A stretch of DNA of 53,770 nt, filler included, from Jimgerdemannia flammicorona (taxonomy: Eukaryota), in the NCBI GenBank assembly GCA_003990765.1. It is 2 parts of 2 records of this genome, joined end to end, with 100 filler letters (N's around TTAATTAATTAA, not from the genome) between each part and the next. Parts side by side here need not be neighbours in the genome. Positions count along the whole stretch, not along the records: positions 26,948 to 53,770 come from RBNJ01000691.1; 1 more part is not named here. One strand, 5' to 3'. How positions within the stretch are numbered: the first letter of the stretch is position 1; each line of letters starts with the position of its first letter. A model generated the notes under the pieces. It searched no databases. It was not told where the DNA came from and saw only the letters and a list, made by a program, of their open reading frames with translations. The position numbers were made by a program, and so were the translations under genes. This document shows, piece after piece, positions 48,601 to 53,770 of the stretch.

Positions 48601-51353
48601 GTCAATGTCCAGGCCTCTCCCCACTTCTTTCAAAACACTTCCCTCCTAGAAGACTCCAGTGATCTGACTACAGATACTAAACAGTTTCCAAATATCCTCC
48701 AGATATCAACTCTCCAGCAATCAGTGGTCAATATTCAGTCAACTCTTGAGCCCAGCCCTGCCACTCAGTGGGTAAAAACCCTACAATCTCCCCATCCAAG
48801 CCTCCTGGCATCCACTAAGGATCTCAGACAATTGACTTCCTCCTAGGCTTCTATACTACCACTCTTACTTATTATCTTCCTTTCCCCATCAGTTCTGTCT
48901 ATCTTTCTATCATACACTATGTTAAAGTCCCCTCCTAAACAATCAATACCAGCCTCTACCAATGCTTCAGACTTTTGTAGCCCTTGAATCCATTCCACTC
49001 TCTCCCCTCTCTCAGCTGGACAATAATAAGACCCAACTATCAAGGACCTCTAGCCTGGCCTCTTTCAAACTCTCCATACTATCCTGCTCTCCTAGTGTCC
49101 AATGTCTCCAATGTCCCCCTTGCCCTTTTTAACCAGAATGCCCACTTATTCTTGCCAAACAGCCACCCACTCCATTTCTTTATCTAGTCCAGAATAACAA
49201 AGTCTCTATCATACTCAATATCCTGCAGTAGGAATAGATCTGCTTCTTTTCCCTTCAGCCATCCAAAGATATTTTGATACATCACCAATTTCTATAGCCT
49301 ATTGATATTCAAAGATAATATTCTAGTTATAGTATTTATATTGAATAATGTTATTTAAAGAACAGTCATCTATTTACAATTCCATACTCACTGCATCACT
49401 AGCAATATCAAGGTTCTTCTCAGCCTCTAGTTCATCCACCTCTCCCTACTGAGCCTCTAGTACCTCTAAGATCTCCTGACAATTCATACCATCTACAGTC
49501 TCTATCACTGTTCAGTACTTCTCACATACTATCTGCCACTTTGCCAGTCCTTTCCTTGGGCCCCACATATGTATATACAGACCTATTATTTACAATTACC
49601 AGAAATGCTGCCTCTCTGTCATCATCTATCTGATATGCCTTAGTCTCCAGCAAAACCACTATTATCTCATCTCAGATTTTTCTTAGCACCTCCTCACTAT
49701 GTAGAATTTTACCCCAGTGCCTCTCACTTAGTACCCAGAAGTCCTCTCTCCCAGCTTCTCAGCCATCACATTCTCAAGTATTTTCCATAACTATTTCTCC
49801 TCAACCTTGGCCTCTACCACTCCTTGGGCCACCCTCTTCTCTCCTTCCTCCTACCCACCCTCTGCATTTCTCCTTACTGACTCATCCCAATCTTCCTCCA
49901 GCATATTCTGCAATTCATCATCTCTTTCAGCCCCATCTGGTACCCCATACTGAGGGCCCTCCCCTTCTGCCATCTCTATATCCTCCACTATGATACTCAG
50001 CCCCACACCTTCCCCCCCTTCTGGGGTCCCCTCTGGTACTGCTCCCTTCTCTTCTGCCCAGACACTTGCCCTTGATCCAACTTCATCAGCAGTGGTTCCC
50101 CCAGCTGCCCCCACTCCCAACTTAGCCAACAGATTCTTCTGAATATACCTTCTCTGTACTCTCTCTCAGGCTGCTCAGTCTAGTCATACCTTCTTACCAT
50201 TCACAATCTCCACAACTGTTCTGGCCTCAAACTCCTTCCATGCCAATCTCTTCCTCTTTATGGCTCTAGCCAGATCCTTTAATATCTCCAGCAAGTCCTC
50301 TTCTTCCTCTAGTATCCCATTTACTCTTAAGATCTTGTACTCCACAGGTCTCCATTTGAGGACTGTTGATCAGTCTCTTATCTTCCCCATATTCTCCTTA
50401 TATACCTACTAGCTATATGGTGATGTCTACATCATTAGTTCTGAATTCAGTACCCTTATAGATCCAAAACCCAACATCCACAATTTCTTTATACTCTTTG
50501 ATGGCCCTGATAATAAATCTCTTGGCCATATCCTTCAATACTATAAGAATATCCAGCACTACTCAGAGATTTCAGTGTAAGTACTGAGTTATAGGGATCA
50601 CCACCCCCCCCCACTACTACTCTCTTCTCTATCACTTCCAACAGTATATCCTCTTTCTCAAAGCCCATCTCCACTCCTTCCAGACTCTTCAAGAACTTCA
50701 CCAATGCTGCTCCCTTTACCTCCTGATTTAAAAGCCTCAGAATTATTCTCACTATCACTGACAAGTCTCAGAAATACAATATAACAGCAAATTCTGATCT
50801 TGATTTCTTGAGTAATAGTGCTGTCACCAGGTCTGTTATACCATCTGTCAGATCTCTGGACCTCATGCCCACCCTCTATCCAGATCCACCATCAGCCATT
50901 ATATCTGGATTTTTTTCTAGATTAGCAGTCTCCTTTTCATCAGCAGTCCCATGCTCCTCAGCTACTATTCCCCCAGCCCTACTATCCTTACTGCTATGGA
51001 CCACTCCACCAGTCTCTGCAGTCCTCACTGTCTTCTTGCTCTTCTTCAGCCAGCTCTCTAGTCTAGTCATCAGATGACTCTCCTTTACCTTATCTGTGAA
51101 GCTCATTCTCCCAGTCCCCTGTCTCTCAGTTCTGTCTTCTCCCCTTCCATTTCCCCCAGCCAGCAAGCTCTGAATGCTTTCCCCTAAGCCATGACTCCTC
51201 TCTACATACTGCCAGTCAAATGTAATAGGGCTGTCCTACCTAACACACACCTCAGAATACTCATCAGTTGCTATGTTACTAGTATCTTTTCTCCAAAAAT
51301 AATGTCTTGAGTATTGCCAGAAGTTGTATAACTCAAATATTACTAGAGAAAGG
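45669..51353 (-). mobile_element. Full-length L1/Tx1-clade LINE copy F, degenerate
   Basis: Poly-T at 45669-45676. Minus-strand leader starts at 51353. ORF remnants GRGVPQRDPLSPILY and LGGDFN. TSD ATATATTAAGAATA (45653-45666 / 51360-51373). Confidence 0.93.
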
Positions 51354-51791
51354 TTCTGTATATATTAAGAATACTTTACTTTAGTGAAATATCTACTACA
51401 GATTTATCAACTATAGGTCTAATATTTAATTGACGAATTACTACAACCTCTTAGCTCTAAAACAGATTTATATCTGCAATACTACTAGCCTATCTTGAAG
51501 GAATATCATTGCTGCAGACAGACTCTATATAATATATAAATAAATATTACAGTGCTGACTTAGATATAGTTTCTCTCTAAATGCTTCCAAAGAATGACTC
51601 TGGTCATCTATCTGAGTATTATTAACTAAATCAAATTTCTGTTTTCTGAAGAAAAGGAAGAGCTCTAGAATAGAGTAATTCAGATATTGAAGAAGATGAT
51701 AGTATAGATATAGATACAGAAGATATCTATAAATATCACAATAATGACTAAAAGATAGTTTAGAGACAGACTATCCTTTAGTAAGAGCTGA

Positions 51792-52030
51792 TGTGACAAG
51801 CAAACAATATAGTATAACCAGATGATATATATAAATACTCAGAAAAGCATAGTCATCTATATCTAGTTACTTACATATACTACAACATATATAATTAGTT
51901 AGATATATCAAATTAAATATATTGATCTGTATCCTGAAGACACACCTGTGTCTAATAGATATACTTGTATCTAGTAGACACACCTGTGCCCATTGGACAC
52001 ACCTGTTTCCAGCAGATACATCTTGTCACT
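51792..52030 (+). repeat. Probable 3' LTR of the Gypsy element (~239 bp) containing an 18-19-bp tandem repeat
   Basis: Inverted ends TGTGACAAG...CTTGTCAC(T), preceded by a decayed purine tract. TATAAAT inside. GACACACCTGTG units at 51939-52025. No matching 5' LTR was confidently found. Confidence 0.55.
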
Positions 52031-52785
52031 CTCTTCCTAAAGTAGCATTACTATACATTCTATAATTATCTAGATAGTAATCAGATACATAGTAATTACA
52101 AATGTATAAAATACTTCAGAGATTCAAGTGAATAAACCTCAGTACAAAAAGGTCAATAGCAAAAGATATATCTGTCCACTATACTTTGAGAGATATGTCT
52201 GCCAAGAGTCACTGGATTCAGGAAGAATTGCAATACTTAGGAGAAATGTCTGCTTTAAAGCCACTTTTAGGAGATTGTGAGCCTTCCAAATTTGCACTCT
52301 GGTCTACTTTCTAATGAAAAGAAGAAGTCTGCTGCCATCTCTTACACAAAGCTAGTTTAGAATAAGATATACCTTTACAGTGAATCTGTTCATACAAATA
52401 AAACAGTCTTTGATATAACTTAGCTCAAGTGAAGGCCACTAAGAAGTTTGCCAATTCAGGAAGAATCTATGTCAACCAAGTTATCTGCCATTTTCAAGTA
52501 ATCTGCCAATTCAGGAAGAATCAGCATCATCTGAGTTATCTGCGATTTTTGAGAAGTCTGGCTGATTCGACATCGTCGAAGTATTTGCTCAGAAGTCTGC
52601 CAATCAAGGGAATTCTGTGCTACATAGGAAATTGCGAATCACCTGCATTATGCAAAACAGAACTTGCATCTATTTTTGATAGAGAAATCATTAAACATTT
52701 GGTTGCTTTTTGACGAAGTAACTGGGGGCTCAAGCCAATCTACATAGTAGCCCAACCTTGTAATTTGCCTCCATTGAGCCGGCAC
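52031..52785 (+). mobile_element. Unclassified repeat, second copy of 20955-21479, less decayed at its distal end
   Basis: Aligns with the reverse complement of 21479-20955; internal GAAGTCTGCCAAT-type repeats. Confidence 0.55.
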
Positions 52786-52913
52786 GTTACAATACATAAT
52801 GTAACTATGCCTTTGACTCCTTTATATAATGTTTTGCACATTGACGAGGATTACATCCGTACAAATTGATCTTGCGCAACCAAAAAGCCTCATTTATTCA
52901 TTAACCAAATAAT

Positions 52914-53400
52914 TTACTCGCTCAAGGATAAGCGCGCCAGATTCAATGTTCCAAACTGCTGATCAAGGTTCCACCTGATCTTGCTGATCAGTTCCTTCAC
53001 AGGCGCATATAACAATATCTCATGGGCTTAATAAAAAACGTATCAAAGGTAATGAACTCAAAAATACTTCTGTGCCCTGGCTTTTATCGCTGCTACAGAC
53101 TCTGTTGGATAAACATTGATGATCACCCGAACAGCCGTGCTGACGATAACATACATTGCATGTTCACCAAGATTCGCAAATGAGAAGTAATATCACTCAT
53201 ATGCAAGAAAATCATCACATTATTCCACCATCACCTCATGGAAACCATCCACCCGGGCTCATTCGTAACCCACCGTCGATTGTTCATCTCCACCCACGGT
53301 TTGAATAAGTCCCAATACTTCATGTTAACCTCCCTATCTGCCTCCCAGTTGTTGATCCACTGGACGTGGTTGATAGAGTCGATTATCAGCAGCACGGCAA
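52914..53400 (-). pseudogene. Possible spliced pseudogene with a ubiquitin-like C-terminal exon
   Basis: Putative exon ..NWEADREVNMKYWDLFKPWVEMNNRRWVTNEPGWMVSM, then a GT..CAG intron, then STAVRVIINVYPTESVAAIKARAQKYF*VHYL*YVFY*AHEILL. The latter resembles ubiquitin beta2-helix1 but has three stops. Confidence 0.3.
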
Positions 53401-53770
53401 GGAATCGGAATGTTATAGATTAAGGCAGAAGTTACAGGAAGAAGCAAATACGGTCATTAAGAAGGAGAGGAAAATAATATGCTGAGTTACGCACGAAACG
53501 AAAGTCGCCGGGGTCCACCTACCCGCACACACAACGACACGTCTACAAACTCTTAATTCCCGACCCACCATATAAGTCGGCGAAATCCACCCGCCCTCCT
53601 AGTATGTGATTAAAGTGTTGTCCATGACAGGGATGTTGAGGGCCATTGCAGTAGTCGACCTCGCGAATTGTCTTGGGCGATTGAATGGCGTAAGGGGGTG
53701 GTAAGAATATAAGTACATGACATCGGTACGCCTCCACATTCACATAATTACATCTAGCCCCCCCTCCCCC

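Larger units (their letters stand above)
40500..52030 (+). mobile_element. Ty3/Gypsy LTR retrotransposon (gag, PR, dUTPase, RT, RNase H, integrase), heavily deaminated, with MITE and LINE F insertions; 5' boundary uncertain
   Basis: Degenerate zinc knuckle at ~41410-41450. RT: [38 protein letters not shown] (~43370-43485). RNase H: LRAVLAQE. Integrase: YLTKWPEAFPI, EELISD, SQTNNMTE*MNQTI, and GPY/F-like KLKPKWEESYLV. Domain order RT-RH-IN. Confidence 0.9.

Overview
Eukaryotic, almost certainly fungal, repeat-dominated window. Short GT-AG introns and a tyrosine-kinase-like gene of the type expanded in Glomeromycotina/Mucoromycota suggest an early-diverging fungus (inference). A 100-nt N spacer with a TTAATTAATTAA linker (26848-26947) splits the window, so the two sides may not be adjacent in the genome. 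About 85% is nested, C>T/G>A-decayed transposons: seven copies of an L1/Tx1-clade LINE, a 12.4-kb hAT DNA transposon (TIRs, 8-bp TSD), a hAT-type MITE, a Ty3/Gypsy element with a dUTPase between protease and RT, a ~1.1-kb polyadenylated non-autonomous retroposon, and an unclassified repeat present twice. The only clearly intact host gene is a three-exon kinase (24328-25867) in a CpG-rich island, with two degenerate tandem copies. Main candidate discovery: inside its TIRs the hAT carries a second, convergent six-exon gene encoding a 2OG-Fe(II) dioxygenase-like protein (HxD...H, TET/JBP-like), plus a hairpin tandem array and CpG-based subterminal repeats, which together look like a transposon-encoded anti-methylation module. 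Second candidate: the LINEs and the non-autonomous element share a structured 5' leader whose closing stem shows a compensatory base change. All alignments and translations were done by eye; no database searches were run.
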